DNA of 64,000 nucleotides from Deltaproteobacteria bacterium TL4 (GTDB lineage Bacteria; SAR324; NAC60-12). A program made the position numbers and the translations under genes. Under the pieces are notes generated by a model. It was given only the letters and a program-made list of their open reading frames with translations, made no database searches and was not told the origin of the DNA. How positions within the stretch are numbered: the first letter of the stretch is position 1; each line of letters begins with the position of its first letter. The DNA is taken from assembly GCA_051382335.1 (NCBI GenBank), contig JBBCAX010000033.1:49123-113122 (forward strand). Direction: 5' to 3'. Positions 1 to 10,480 of the stretch are shown here, piece by piece.

Positions 1-458
1 CAACTTTACTACTTTCAGGGACTGGAGGCAGTTCTGGTTTTACTGGTTTTACTTGCTGCGGAGGTTCTGGCTCGGGAAGAGGTATGTTTCTTTGCAGTCG
101 AGATGGTGTATTGGAAAGATTCAGTGCACTTTGGCTGAGAAGCAAAGCCGATTGTGCCCAACTCGCTCCATTCCACAGTAAGGCTATGGCAAGTAATAGT
201 AACCGTATCCGATTCATACATCCCTGTTAACTAGTTATCGCACATGATATTGAGACGAGTTTTGCTGGAGTATATTCTGAGGATCCTTCAACGTCACAGA
301 TCAGAATACTAACTGATGCTCTTCATAAAATAAAGGAGGCACCCTTTCATAACCCACACCAATTGTCCAGATAAAAAGGCTCTCAAAATAGAGTAAATTT
401 AATCGGATTTCTCTCTGATTTGATTTGACGATTGTCTCATTTCATAGCAGAGTGAACC

Positions 459-851
459 TTGTCTCCCCGATCCTTCATTAATCAACAATCAAACAAAGTT
501 TCTATGTGGATTAGAGATTTATCTATCCTGTGTTCATCCTCCTCAGAAAAAGTTTTTGAAATCTTACTCCGTTATGTGATTCAAACGGGAAAACCTACAC
601 AGTCTCAAGTTCCTATTGAAAAAACAAATCCATTTTACATCGCACTACCGGAGGAATTACTCCTGATTCTTACCACTGAAACTTCAACCCCAAATGGGGC
701 AAATTTAAAACTGCGTATTCAACCTTATAACCTTCCTGATGAAATGGATCAAAAGCAAGTACTCAACACTTTTCCCGAACGTCTCATTCACTATCTAGAC
801 GAAAAGCAACCGGAGTGGGAGTTGACACTGCACCCTTTGTCTCACCCTTGA
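459..851 (+). CDS. hypothetical protein
   Basis: 130-aa ORF with no recognisable motifs. Its 3' end overlaps the kdsB stop by a few nt on the opposite strand. Confidence 0.25.
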   Translation: MSPRSFINQQSNKVSMWIRDLSILCSSSSEKVFEILLRYVIQTGKPTQSQVPIEKTNPFYIALPEELLLILTTETSTPNGANLKLRIQPYNLPDEMDQKQVLNTFPERLIHYLDEKQPEWELTLHPLSHP

Positions 852-1591
852 ATCTTTTTAAAAACCGCTTCTGCTCTTTCCAAATCTTTGGGACAATCTA
901 CTCCTACCCCTTCATTTTGAGCTTTGACGCAAAGTATGGTTTCTCCATGCTCTAAAATTCGAAGCTGCTCTAACTCTTCAGACTGTTCCAAAAGCGAACG
1001 ATTCCATCGATGAAACTCTAATAAAAAGGATTTTTTGTAAAGATACACGCCGATATGTTTCCATCGTGTTGTTTGAAAGCCCCTGGAATAGGGAAGAGGA
1101 GAACGTGAGAAATACAGAGCTTCTTTTTGCTGATTAAAAACCACTTTGACAATATTAGGATCCAAAAAATGTTGTTCCTCCAAGATGGGAATTGTCAGCG
1201 TCGCGACTTTAGCGTTACCATGAGCCATTGTGCTTTGAATCAGTGTTTCCAAATCATCAGGATTAATCAAAGGTTCATCTCCTTGGACATTAAGAACCCA
1301 TTCACAGGACAAGTTAGCAATTGCTTCAAGCACTCGATCCGTCCCTGTCGCATGATCGGATCGAGTCATCACAACCTCACCGCCAAAGGACTGAACGACT
1401 CTATAGATTCGATCATCGTCGGTTGCGATAACTACTCGATCTACCGAGGCAACTTTGTGGACTCTTTCATAAACGTGTTGAATCATGGGCTTGCCCGCAA
1501 TCAAAACCAAAGGTTTACCAGGAAAACGACTGGATTGATATCGTGCGGGGATGACTGCAATAACATTCAAAGGTGCTGTTGTTTGCTGCAT
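842..1591 (-). CDS. kdsB: 3-deoxy-manno-octulosonate cytidylyltransferase (CMP-KDO synthetase)
   Basis: The 249-aa ORF has full-length KdsB family features: N-terminal IAVIPARYQSSRFPGKPL nucleotide-binding loop, a central GTDR motif and the DEP motif. Its length is typical for KdsB. Confidence 0.9.
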   Translation of the reverse strand: MQQTTAPLNVIAVIPARYQSSRFPGKPLVLIAGKPMIQHVYERVHKVASVDRVVIATDDDRIYRVVQSFGGEVVMTRSDHATGTDRVLEAIANLSCEWVLNVQGDEPLINPDDLETLIQSTMAHGNAKVATLTIPILEEQHFLDPNIVKVVFNQQKEALYFSRSPLPYSRGFQTTRWKHIGVYLYKKSFLLEFHRWNRSLLEQSEELEQLRILEHGETILCVKAQNEGVGVDCPKDLERAEAVFKKIQG

Positions 1592-1864
1592 TTCTACCTC
1601 ATTAGAAACGTAAATGGTTACTCAAAAGTTATTAATTTTCGGGTCATCGTCTTTGAACCACAAACATTGGAAATTCCATGATATGTAGTGACTCTAGTCC
1701 TTTTTTTAAAACGAAAAAGAGTGAATTTGTATTGACCTTCAAATCCTTCATGATTTTTTTTATAAAAACTATTGAATGTCAGTTCAAAAATCGTTAGTAA
1801 AGAACATGAGGCCGTGTGTGACTGCCTTCTCTTGATTCAGAATCTGTGATAAGTCTAAACTCAA

Positions 1865-2155
1865 ATGGAGAAACCTGTGGATTCAGAGATTCTAGTACGG
1901 GACGTTTCCCTAAAGCACATCATTAATAGAAACGAAGAACGTGTTGGTCGTCTGATGCCTAGGGTTCTGGATGAGTTTCCCGGCAGGAATTTTTCTGATA
2001 TCGATATTGAAGATATCTATGCCTTAACCTTAAACCGTCTGACTCCCCGCTATGTTCAGTTTGGCAGCTTAATCGAACATGAAGACCTTACAGACGAACG
2101 TATACAGGATCAGATTCGAAACGCAATCAGAATTGTTACAACGCATCCTCGATAG
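1865..2155 (+). CDS. ComFB-like (late competence development) family protein
   Basis: 96-aa ORF. The motif IYALTLNRLTPRYV matches the conserved ALALNhLPPrYV core of ComFB family proteins. It lacks the Cys cluster, as in non-Bacillus ComFB-like c-di-NMP binders. Confidence 0.5.
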   Translation: MEKPVDSEILVRDVSLKHIINRNEERVGRLMPRVLDEFPGRNFSDIDIEDIYALTLNRLTPRYVQFGSLIEHEDLTDERIQDQIRNAIRIVTTHPR

Positions 2156-2323
2156 TTTCATTGCTCATGTTCTCCTAGATGTGCACCTTCTTTGCATTCC
2201 TTAATTGAATTGACGGGTTTTTGCTTCAAAAGGAAAAAAATAAATTCATAAACCATGGTTTTGGCTCCTTTAGAAGAAAATATTTCCACCCTCGTCGGAT
2301 AGAAACTACTTCCAGGATCGGTT

Positions 2324-2551
2324 ATGAGTGACCTCGCCAAAGAAATGCAAGAAGTCATCGAAGCACTTCAACTTGAAAATGCGATTGACGAACAAAATGA
2401 AAGAGCACGAGATGGTCTTGGTGCCGCGAAGCTTGATCCATTTCGTGCGGAATATCGCAGAGGGGTGATGTATGGCCTGCAAAAAATGAAGCGAGTATTA
2501 ATCGTACACGCCATGAGACAGAATAAGCCTTACCCTCCTCCAAAGGAATAA
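2324..2551 (+). CDS. hypothetical protein
   Basis: 75-aa ORF, charged and helical, no motifs. Confidence 0.25.
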   Translation: MSDLAKEMQEVIEALQLENAIDEQNERARDGLGAAKLDPFRAEYRRGVMYGLQKMKRVLIVHAMRQNKPYPPPKE

Positions 2552-2806
2552 TGCATCATTTTCTTGCAGTTTCCACAATTCCTTACTACAAAACCACCAT
2601 CTCATTTCCGAAACAATACCATCCAAATGAAGCATTAAAATGGAAATCGCTCAAATAAACGGAACTTAAAGTTCTTTTTTAGGAGGTGATAGAACATAAA
2701 TGTTATTTGATATCAATATTTTATTTAAATGGCCCACTTACTGCTAAACGCAAATCTCTAGAATGTTATGAGACTTAATTCTTTTTTTGACAACGGAGGT
2801 ACTAGC

Positions 2807-3190
2807 ATGAAGGATATTTTAGCAAAACTACAGGAAGAGAAGCATAAAATAATGCAACAATTACAAACTAATGGACTCTCCAGTGAAGAGCATGATGTCG
2901 GAGATGACATTGATAACTCAGTTGAAGAGCAAACATACCGACTGCGGGATCTTTTAGGTGACAGGGAAAGAGCCAAACTGGAACAAATCAATGATGCCTT
3001 ACGACGCTTTGAATCGGGAGAATATGGCTATTGTGATGAGTGCGGTGATCCTATTGCTCCGAAGCGTCTTAAGGCTCTTCCTTTTGCACGAATGTGCGTA
3101 GAGTGCCAACAACAAACGGAACGACAATACTATCAAGGCAGTTTATTACATAATAATCGAGGTTACTATCTTGAAGAAAACGACCAATAG
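2807..3190 (+). CDS. DksA/TraR family C4-type zinc-finger protein
   Basis: It has an N-terminal coiled-coil and a C-terminal CDECGDPIAPKRL...CVECQ four-Cys zinc finger typical of DksA/TraR. Start placed at ATG 2807, preceded by a GGAGG Shine-Dalgarno (the ORF track begins at 2768). Confidence 0.75.
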   Translation: MKDILAKLQEEKHKIMQQLQTNGLSSEEHDVGDDIDNSVEEQTYRLRDLLGDRERAKLEQINDALRRFESGEYGYCDECGDPIAPKRLKALPFARMCVECQQQTERQYYQGSLLHNNRGYYLEENDQ

Positions 3191-3229
3191 GACTATAGTC
3201 ATGGTGATGCAACAATAATTGGGAACACT

Positions 3230-4669
3230 TTGCAAAAAGTCCAAACTATGAAATCTATTCTTGTTATCTCGCAATCATCATCGTCACAAGAAATACACCA
3301 GGCGTTATTTGCAAAGTACCGTATTGATGTAGCCTCTAGCTTTCAGGAATGTTTTCAAAAATATTCGCAAAATCGTTATGAATTTGCCTTCCTTGAATTA
3401 ACCCTGTTGCAAGAAAATTTTTCAGAATATACCCTCGACAACTGCAGAAAAGCACTTCAACCCCTCAGACGAGTTTTTCCAGCCTCCCAAATTATCGTGA
3501 TTTCCAGACAGGATCAGCTGAGAGACGCTGTGTTTGTCCTTAAAGCTGGTGCGAGTAATTACCTCACGACACCAATCAACGCTGATGAGCTTAAGCACGT
3601 CATTGAAAGCACCAATGAGGCGATTCGTATTAGGTCTGAATTGGATTATCTTCGGGATCAGTTTTGGCAAAGAGACTCGCTCCAAATCATCCGAACCAAT
3701 AATGCTGTCATGAAAAAAGTATTTCAGCAGATACGTTCTGTGGCTCCTACTAAAACAACGGTGTTATTGCTAGGAGAGACGGGAGTAGGGAAGGGTATAA
3801 TTGCTAAACTGCTTCATCATCACAGTGAACGTCAAAATAATCCGTTCATTCATGTCCATTGTGGTGCCATGCCTGACACTCTGCTCGAAAGTGAATTGTT
3901 TGGACACGAAAAAGGTGCGTTTACCGGGGCGGTGAAAAGAAAACTGGGGCGCTTTGAAATTGCAAAAGGGGGAACCATTTTTTTGGACGAAATCAACACC
4001 ATTACTCCTGCGGCACAAATTAAATTATTACAAGTTTTGCAGGATAAAATATTTCAACGTGTGGGGGGGGAACACTTTATTGAATCCGATATTCGTGCCA
4101 TTATCGCCTCTAACCAGGATTTGCGCAAAATGAGTGAAGCCGGAGAATTTCGGAGTGATTTATATTATCGCTTGAGTGTGTTTCCTATTGAAATTCCGCC
4201 TTTAAGGGAACGTCCTGAAGATATTCTGATTTTGGCCAATACGTTTCTTGACAAACTCAATCAACTCTATTTTAAAGAGATCTATGATTTCCATCCTCTG
4301 GTAATAGAAGCACTGCAGAAATACCTGTGGCCTGGTAATATTCGGGAATTGGAGAACCTCATGGAGCGGGCTTACATTTTAGAAACATCTTCTGTCTTAA
4401 CTCCTGAAAGCTTTCCTCAGGAATTGTTTAATTCAGATCTTCCTAAGGCTAAAGTGCTTTTGGATACCTCCTTGTCTTTGGCGGAAATGAGACAACTCAA
4501 CCTGGAGTACATCGAACGACAGTATCTGAAAGAACTGTTGGCCCGCCATCAAGGAAAGATCAATCATACCGCTGAAGCTGCCGGGATTAGCACCCGCCAA
4601 CTTCATAAATTACTCACAAAATACAAAATTCGTAAAGAAGAATTCAAAAATGTCACGTTCCATATATAG
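3230..4669 (+). CDS. sigma-54-dependent transcriptional activator (NtrC/Fis family) with atypical receiver
   Basis: It has an AAA+ sigma-54 interaction domain (GETGVGKGIIAKLLHH Walker A, ESELFGHEKGAFTGA GAFTGA motif) and a C-terminal Fis-type HTH. The N-terminal receiver-like domain lacks the acidic pocket and the phospho-Asp position (FLELTL where D is expected). Confidence 0.85.
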   Translation: MQKVQTMKSILVISQSSSSQEIHQALFAKYRIDVASSFQECFQKYSQNRYEFAFLELTLLQENFSEYTLDNCRKALQPLRRVFPASQIIVISRQDQLRDAVFVLKAGASNYLTTPINADELKHVIESTNEAIRIRSELDYLRDQFWQRDSLQIIRTNNAVMKKVFQQIRSVAPTKTTVLLLGETGVGKGIIAKLLHHHSERQNNPFIHVHCGAMPDTLLESELFGHEKGAFTGAVKRKLGRFEIAKGGTIFLDEINTITPAAQIKLLQVLQDKIFQRVGGEHFIESDIRAIIASNQDLRKMSEAGEFRSDLYYRLSVFPIEIPPLRERPEDILILANTFLDKLNQLYFKEIYDFHPLVIEALQKYLWPGNIRELENLMERAYILETSSVLTPESFPQELFNSDLPKAKVLLDTSLSLAEMRQLNLEYIERQYLKELLARHQGKINHTAEAAGISTRQLHKLLTKYKIRKEEFKNVTFHI

Positions 4670-5065
4670 TGGGAATTCCAAGTTCCGAATGGGCTTTACT
4701 GTAGTACTTATGAGTTCCGATTTTAGAATACCTTTCATTACTTTAACTAGCTCATCACCAGCAATACTTCTGCCATTTAAAATTTATGGGAGCGAAATTG
4801 CAAAATAACCCCCGCAATTACAGTATTTTTCAAATAACTCCTCATGCTAATCTTCCGAAAATCCTCTCTGTCTGTTTTATTATTTGAAATATTTGTCCTG
4901 AAATAGTGCCCACCTTGGCGACTTTCTATAAAAACAGAATCTACGGTTCTTTTTTAATTACATTAAAAATTAACTCATTCAATTAAATCAGCATGATAAA
5001 AGATGGCATATTAGTTGAGACATCATCAGTATATGATCATGTGAGTCATTCATTCTTTAACCCTA

Positions 5066-5347
5066 ATGATAGCTATGGAAACAGAAGTACGTCAAGAATC
5101 GGTTTTGGAAATTACAGGAATCATCATCCCTAATGATTGGGGGGCACAAAATGCGGTGACCTCCATTGTGATGTGTACTCCGGGCGAGAAGGAATACCTG
5201 ATTGAGCAAAATTCACAAGGACAAGAATTACTGGAATACATTCGCCGTATGAAGAGAGCAAAGGTTAAACTCAAAGGCAACCTGAAAAAAGATAAATATG
5301 GAAAAAACCTGGTGCAGGTGAGCAAATACAAAGTTCTGGAATGGTGA
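5066..5347 (+). CDS. hypothetical small protein
   Basis: 93-aa ORF, Lys-rich C-terminus. No homology recognised. Confidence 0.3.
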   Translation: MIAMETEVRQESVLEITGIIIPNDWGAQNAVTSIVMCTPGEKEYLIEQNSQGQELLEYIRRMKRAKVKLKGNLKKDKYGKNLVQVSKYKVLEW

Positions 5348-5523
5348 ATATTGGAGTTTTCGAACAATAGTTCTGCATGAAAGTAACGGGATCGTGTGGC
5401 TCGTGTTTACGGGATAAAACCCGATGTTTTAGGATATTAGCGTTTATCTGTGGCGTTCCCACGCAAGGCATGGGAACGATATAAAATTCCAGTTCAAACC
5501 CAGTCTATAGACGAAAGGCTGGA

Positions 5524-8500
5524 CTAGTACCGACCTGAAGGCAGGGAATGAAAACCTGGAACAAGGTCTGTATCATTGTTGTCGTTTTCTCCTGAATCCG
5601 CAGCATACGTCCAGGTATAGACCTCCCGATTTCCTGTCACATCAATTGTATTACCAAGAGCATCCACCACACCGGTTACGATAATGGTATTGGCTGGTCC
5701 TTTGGTAACAGCTACAGTCTGATCTGTGGTCGCAACCTCAGTTCCCGCAGTGTAAGCGTAGGTAATCGCCGCACCAGTAGCATTTCCTCCAGTCAACGGA
5801 GGCTCTGCAGCCGTTCCTGCTTTGATTAAGGCAATGGAGACTTTAACGTATTCTCCAGTAACCGCTGGGGTTTGAGTTGAATCGGCATCCGCAATATCGT
5901 TAGCCGCTCCTACAGTAATTGTTTTGATTTTATAACCGGAAGGAATTGGTGTAAAATTGGTTGGATTCGCAACCGAACCTATATCTGTGATCGTTGTCTC
6001 ATTGTTAGTTGTGTTGATCTCAAACGAATTCGCATCTGAATCCAGGCCAACCGCTTTATTTGTGGTAAAGAAGTAGACCTCTACCGTCAAGGTTGGATTA
6101 GCGGCTGTATAGGTATCACCAAAAATTCGCTTAAGATCCCCTTTTTTGATAAAATGGCGAGCTGTCACATTAGTCATCGCTGTAGTGGTCGTTCCCTTTG
6201 TGTCATCTTGTTGAAGATTTGCTGTCGTTACAACGAAATCTTTTAAGGAAATTCCCCCAAATCCATCCATCACCGGATTCACTCCGATGATTCTATTATT
6301 TTGACCTGCATCAGCGGTAGCGGTAATGGTCGTCGCACCATCTGAATCATAATCAACGGTCCCTACAAAATTTCTGGCCAAGGTTAGGGTTGCGCGTGTA
6401 CTTGAATTACAAACCACGGATCGGATCTTAAAGGTTGAACCATCTGCGCTGCTTGTAGTGCCGGGAGTTCCAGCCAAGGTTGCCGCACCTGTTGAACTCC
6501 CTGTATTATACGTGATGGCATAATTTGCGGGATTACAAATGGAAGTGGCATAATCATCGCCATACAAATCTACAGAGTTATTCATGGCTTCTGTATAGTT
6601 GACTACGACTGTGGCTGGGCTCAAAATCATTTCATCATCTGTCGCGAAGTCAGCTCCAGTTTCGGTGATCGTTATTGGCGCAGCATTTGTGGTTTCTGTT
6701 AAACGAGGTCCAACCTCATCGATCTTACCAGCTAATCCTGCACCATAGGCATTCAAATAGGTCCCATTATCACTACCGTTCAAAACAGTAGCACCACTCG
6801 CGTCATTAGCCACTGTGTTAGCTCCGGCGATATTATTAGTACCATCGTACAAGCTCACAGTAGGAGCCAAGTCCGCAACCGTTGTATTCGCCACCAGCGT
6901 TTCGCCCGTCGCGCTTGTTAACTGCGCTGATACATCATTTACATAAATACGAACCTTGGTTTTGGTGTCTGTTTCATAAGCATACGCAGTATTAACTCCA
7001 TTGTTTTGCAACTGCGTAAACCCGATGACTCCTGCCACTAACTTGGGATGATTCGCATTCACCGTTAAGCCCCCAGCCAACGCTAAACCACCAACAATTG
7101 TGGTTACATTCACGGGTTCTGTAAACGTAACTTCCACATAATCTTCAGTGGTACTTACTGTAACGGTTTGCGCTAAGGGAGGAATCCCATCTACCAGATA
7201 TCCGACCTTGTGAGTGGACGTTATCGTATTGCCATGAAGATCGGTGATTCCCGTTAGCTGAATTCCCAGTCCTGTTCTTACGTTGAAGACATTATCCAAT
7301 CCCAACGTAATAGCCTGATATTTGGATTTGGCTGTAGCTTCAGAGTCATTGTTTAAGTCAAGTCCGGGCCAACTACTGAATGAGGTAGCTGTTCCATAAT
7401 TGACACTGGTATTTCCAAGACCTGAAGCCATGTTTTTTCCATCAAGCGCTGTGATTGCTGGAACTTTGGTACCTGCGGCAGAAGCGGGATCAGCTCCATA
7501 ATAAAGAGTTGCCTCCGTACTTGTTAAACTGGTATTTTCAAAAGCGTTGTTCACCATCACCAACGTGATATTATCCGATTTTCCATCGTTATTGGCATCC
7601 ACATTCACTGTAGCTTTAGCAAGTGGTTCTGAGGTCTTAATCGTAATATTATACTTAGTGGACTGATCATTGGTACGGAATGAATCACGAGCGGCAGTTA
7701 AAGAGTCACTTCCTTGACTATTCGTGTTATCACTGTAGCTCTCTACAGAGCTGATATCCACTGTGTTGCCATCGGAATCCAAAGTCACTCTGGCAAATGG
7801 ATAGTTACGGGTGGCAGCCGTCAGATTCGCTGGTCCAATTCTCGGAGGTGTATTGTCTTTGACACGTACTGTTGTGGATTGGGTCCCTTCCAAACCATTG
7901 ATGTCAATAGGTCCGACTTTTACGTCCATCTGCATCAAGGTCCAACCGTCGCCGGAAGCATCGGTTGCATCTTCCAAGCTATAGGTTGCAAACGCGCCTT
8001 CTGTGTCATTATCTTCCAAACCCGCGTTTGTCGCATTATCGTCCCATGTATCCCAAAAATTAGTCCCAGTCCATGACATTTCGCTTGGAGGATCGTAGCT
8101 TAGTTTGGTTTCACCAATTTCCACAAAAGGACCAATGGTTCTTGTTGAAGATTCTTGTATTTCCAGCCCTTGTCCCCAGACACGGTATGCGTAAGCGCCA
8201 ACAACCGGTGTCCAATCAACATGAACTTTAACCGTTGGTTCCAACAGTGTCGCTGCTGCGGTATCTGCACTGCTGGCTACCACGGTTGGAGCGACAAAGG
8301 TCGGAGTTTCTGCCGCGATAGTGAAGTCTAGAATACCAGCATTAGCGACTGCGGGAGCACCAGAACACGTGAGACTCGTATCAAAACTCAGAGCGTCAAC
8401 GGGTTCTCCTGCCGTACCATTATCCTTTCCAGAGGGACACGTAAAAGCCCCATTCCCATCTAAATCAACCCAACCTTTGTAGGAGTTTCCTGCTTTATCC

Positions 8501-10059
8501 TTGATTAGAACCCCCTGAGTGTTAGTGGTTAAATCGATTTTGTATCGAAATCCAGCCTCTAAAGGCACTTGAGGAGTAATTACCACAGTATTGATGACGC
8601 CCGAAACTGCTTCAAAAGAAATTTTCGCAGACACCTCTTGTGGATTATCAAAATCGTCAGTGGTGTAATCACCCCCCGCAAAATCTGCTTTTTGAATCAC
8701 ATCTTTGAGGAATACGTTATCAATATACGGCATTAATGCTTCATTGAAACGTACTTTGATACTTGTCGGAGCGGTTGTCGTCATGAAACCATCGGTGCTG
8801 GCTGTATCCATTGTTCCATTGCTTGTTAAAACAGCCGTCACATAAGGCATGATCACGTCCTGGATCGCCGTTACTCTAGGTAGGAAAATCGCTCCTGCTT
8901 GTGCGGCTCCTGGGAATACTCCATTATTGAACATTCCTAAAGAATAATTTCTTCGAGGTTCAATCGCCGTGGCACTGTCATAGGTTTTGGTTTGATAGCC
9001 TGTGGCCGAAATACTGATAGCATTTATTTTATCCCATGTTCCATCACAACCCAGATCCGCGGCAACCAAACCTGTAAGGGTAAATCTTCCATTTTCATCT
9101 GTTGTTACCGTTATAGGTGGAACAGAAAAAGTGTTCATGATGACGGTATCCCCGTTCGCTGTTTTATCGGAAGACACATTTTTTTCTGGCGCATGAATCA
9201 CACAATTGTACTCGTTGACCAGGTTGGTTCCCGCCGTGACACCTACTGCGGCATCAACAGTTTCCAAATTAACAACCGCTCCCGCAATAGGTTGGGCTGT
9301 TTCCGCATCGACAATCACCCCTGTAAGCGTTGAGGAATAGTCTGGAATAATGAAGTCATAGTTATCGGTTCCAGCTTCAATGGGAATATCAGTTGTAAAA
9401 TCTGTGGTTGATCCCTCTGGGGATGAGATGGTTGGAAGTGTTTTAGCCACGGTTCCCACAACTGCGTTTCGGATCACCGCTGTAATGGCAGACACCCCCG
9501 TTCCTATTTTTACAACGATGGTATAAGTCCCTCTAATTTTATCGGACCCACTCCAATAACCGTTGCCATCGCCATCATACCAACGAGAAGGTTCAAGGTT
9601 ACAGAAGAAATAGATCCCTAACGCATTGGTCGTTGCGGTTCGTATCGCACCTGAAGACGCAAGCGATACAATGGCTCCTTCGATGGAGTTTCCGCTTTGA
9701 TCCACAACAGAACCCTGAATGTCGAATCCTGTCGCGGCGGTACTGGTCTCAGCGCAAATTGCTTCAACCCCTGCAAAGCCGTCTTTTCCATCTTTTCCAT
9801 CTGCTCCATTTACTCCCGCAGCGCCTGCCGCACCTGCTGCACCATTGGTTCCAGGTGCTCCATCCACGCCATTCGTTCCTGCTGCCCCATTAGCTCCCGC
9901 AGCGCCTATTTCACCTGGAGCACCTTTCATTCCAGGCTTTCCATCGTCCCCTTTCAACGACTCACAGCCACCCCAAGCCAAGGCCAGAATAGCAACAAGT
10001 ACCATCATTGATAAACTCAATGAACAAAACCTCGTTGATTTCTTCTTATTCCCTATCAT
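5524..10059 (-). CDS. giant secreted surface protein with N-terminal collagen-like (Gly-X-Y) repeats and Thr/Ser-rich Ig-like/carboxypeptidase-regulatory-like region
   Basis: 1511-aa ORF with a signal peptide (MIGNKKKSTRFCSLSLSMMVLVAILALAWGG). It carries about 20 consecutive GXY triplets (GKPGMKGAPGEIGAAGANGAAGTNG...GKDGKDGFAG). The rest is a long T/S/N/G/A-rich low-complexity region. Confidence 0.8.
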   Translation of the reverse strand: MIGNKKKSTRFCSLSLSMMVLVAILALAWGGCESLKGDDGKPGMKGAPGEIGAAGANGAAGTNGVDGAPGTNGAAGAAGAAGVNGADGKDGKDGFAGVEAICAETSTAATGFDIQGSVVDQSGNSIEGAIVSLASSGAIRTATTNALGIYFFCNLEPSRWYDGDGNGYWSGSDKIRGTYTIVVKIGTGVSAITAVIRNAVVGTVAKTLPTISSPEGSTTDFTTDIPIEAGTDNYDFIIPDYSSTLTGVIVDAETAQPIAGAVVNLETVDAAVGVTAGTNLVNEYNCVIHAPEKNVSSDKTANGDTVIMNTFSVPPITVTTDENGRFTLTGLVAADLGCDGTWDKINAISISATGYQTKTYDSATAIEPRRNYSLGMFNNGVFPGAAQAGAIFLPRVTAIQDVIMPYVTAVLTSNGTMDTASTDGFMTTTAPTSIKVRFNEALMPYIDNVFLKDVIQKADFAGGDYTTDDFDNPQEVSAKISFEAVSGVINTVVITPQVPLEAGFRYKIDLTTNTQGVLIKDKAGNSYKGWVDLDGNGAFTCPSGKDNGTAGEPVDALSFDTSLTCSGAPAVANAGILDFTIAAETPTFVAPTVVASSADTAAATLLEPTVKVHVDWTPVVGAYAYRVWGQGLEIQESSTRTIGPFVEIGETKLSYDPPSEMSWTGTNFWDTWDDNATNAGLEDNDTEGAFATYSLEDATDASGDGWTLMQMDVKVGPIDINGLEGTQSTTVRVKDNTPPRIGPANLTAATRNYPFARVTLDSDGNTVDISSVESYSDNTNSQGSDSLTAARDSFRTNDQSTKYNITIKTSEPLAKATVNVDANNDGKSDNITLVMVNNAFENTSLTSTEATLYYGADPASAAGTKVPAITALDGKNMASGLGNTSVNYGTATSFSSWPGLDLNNDSEATAKSKYQAITLGLDNVFNVRTGLGIQLTGITDLHGNTITSTHKVGYLVDGIPPLAQTVTVSTTEDYVEVTFTEPVNVTTIVGGLALAGGLTVNANHPKLVAGVIGFTQLQNNGVNTAYAYETDTKTKVRIYVNDVSAQLTSATGETLVANTTVADLAPTVSLYDGTNNIAGANTVANDASGATVLNGSDNGTYLNAYGAGLAGKIDEVGPRLTETTNAAPITITETGADFATDDEMILSPATVVVNYTEAMNNSVDLYGDDYATSICNPANYAITYNTGSSTGAATLAGTPGTTSSADGSTFKIRSVVCNSSTRATLTLARNFVGTVDYDSDGATTITATADAGQNNRIIGVNPVMDGFGGISLKDFVVTTANLQQDDTKGTTTTAMTNVTARHFIKKGDLKRIFGDTYTAANPTLTVEVYFFTTNKAVGLDSDANSFEINTTNNETTITDIGSVANPTNFTPIPSGYKIKTITVGAANDIADADSTQTPAVTGEYVKVSIALIKAGTAAEPPLTGGNATGAAITYAYTAGTEVATTDQTVAVTKGPANTIIVTGVVDALGNTIDVTGNREVYTWTYAADSGENDNNDTDLVPGFHSLPSGRY

Positions 10060-10376
10060 TTCTTTTCTCCAAGATATGTTTTCTCCAACCGTTTCAACGG
10101 ATGAAAATTAACGTTAACGGATACAGATGATTCGACACATGACCCTAGTATTTTTTGAGCAATAAAAAACATTCATCAGAATGTCAAATTCTTTTTCTAA
10201 AACAAAATCAAAAATAACTTGAAACCCTCATTGATTCTCAATACTAACAATAAAAGGCCATTGTCTAGCTAAAAATACGAACAAAAAAATCCTTGTCTTT
10301 GGAGTTTTTTCCTCGTTAATAGAATTAGGGTATGGATTTTACCCACATTCTCACGGCATGTAATTTAGTGTTTCAG

Positions 10377-10453
10377 AAAAGTATTTTGGGCTGGGAGCGC
10401 AGGCGTCCCGCCTGCTTTTGCGGGCAGGATGCCCGTATTCCCAGGAAAAACTT
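10377..10453. repeat. palindromic dispersed repeat element, copy A (~75 bp)
   Basis: Imperfect palindrome with GGCGTCCCGCCTGCTTTTGCGGGCAGGATGCC at its core. It shares about 85% identity with the copies at 10481-10554 and 20314-20386. Confidence 0.8.
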
Positions 10454-10480
10454 ATCTGAAAGTCTATAGTTGTCCAGATA

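Noticed and set aside
1127-1681. 184-aa plus-strand ORF
   Set aside because: It is entirely antisense to the well-supported kdsB gene and has no motifs.
9719-10111. Pro/Ala-rich 130-aa plus-strand ORF (and others at 7714-8076, 8992-9333 and 9633-9893 inside the giant gene)
   Set aside because: It is the antisense of the collagen-like GXY codons (GGN/GCN read in reverse gives P/A runs). It lies inside a 1511-aa ORF on the other strand.
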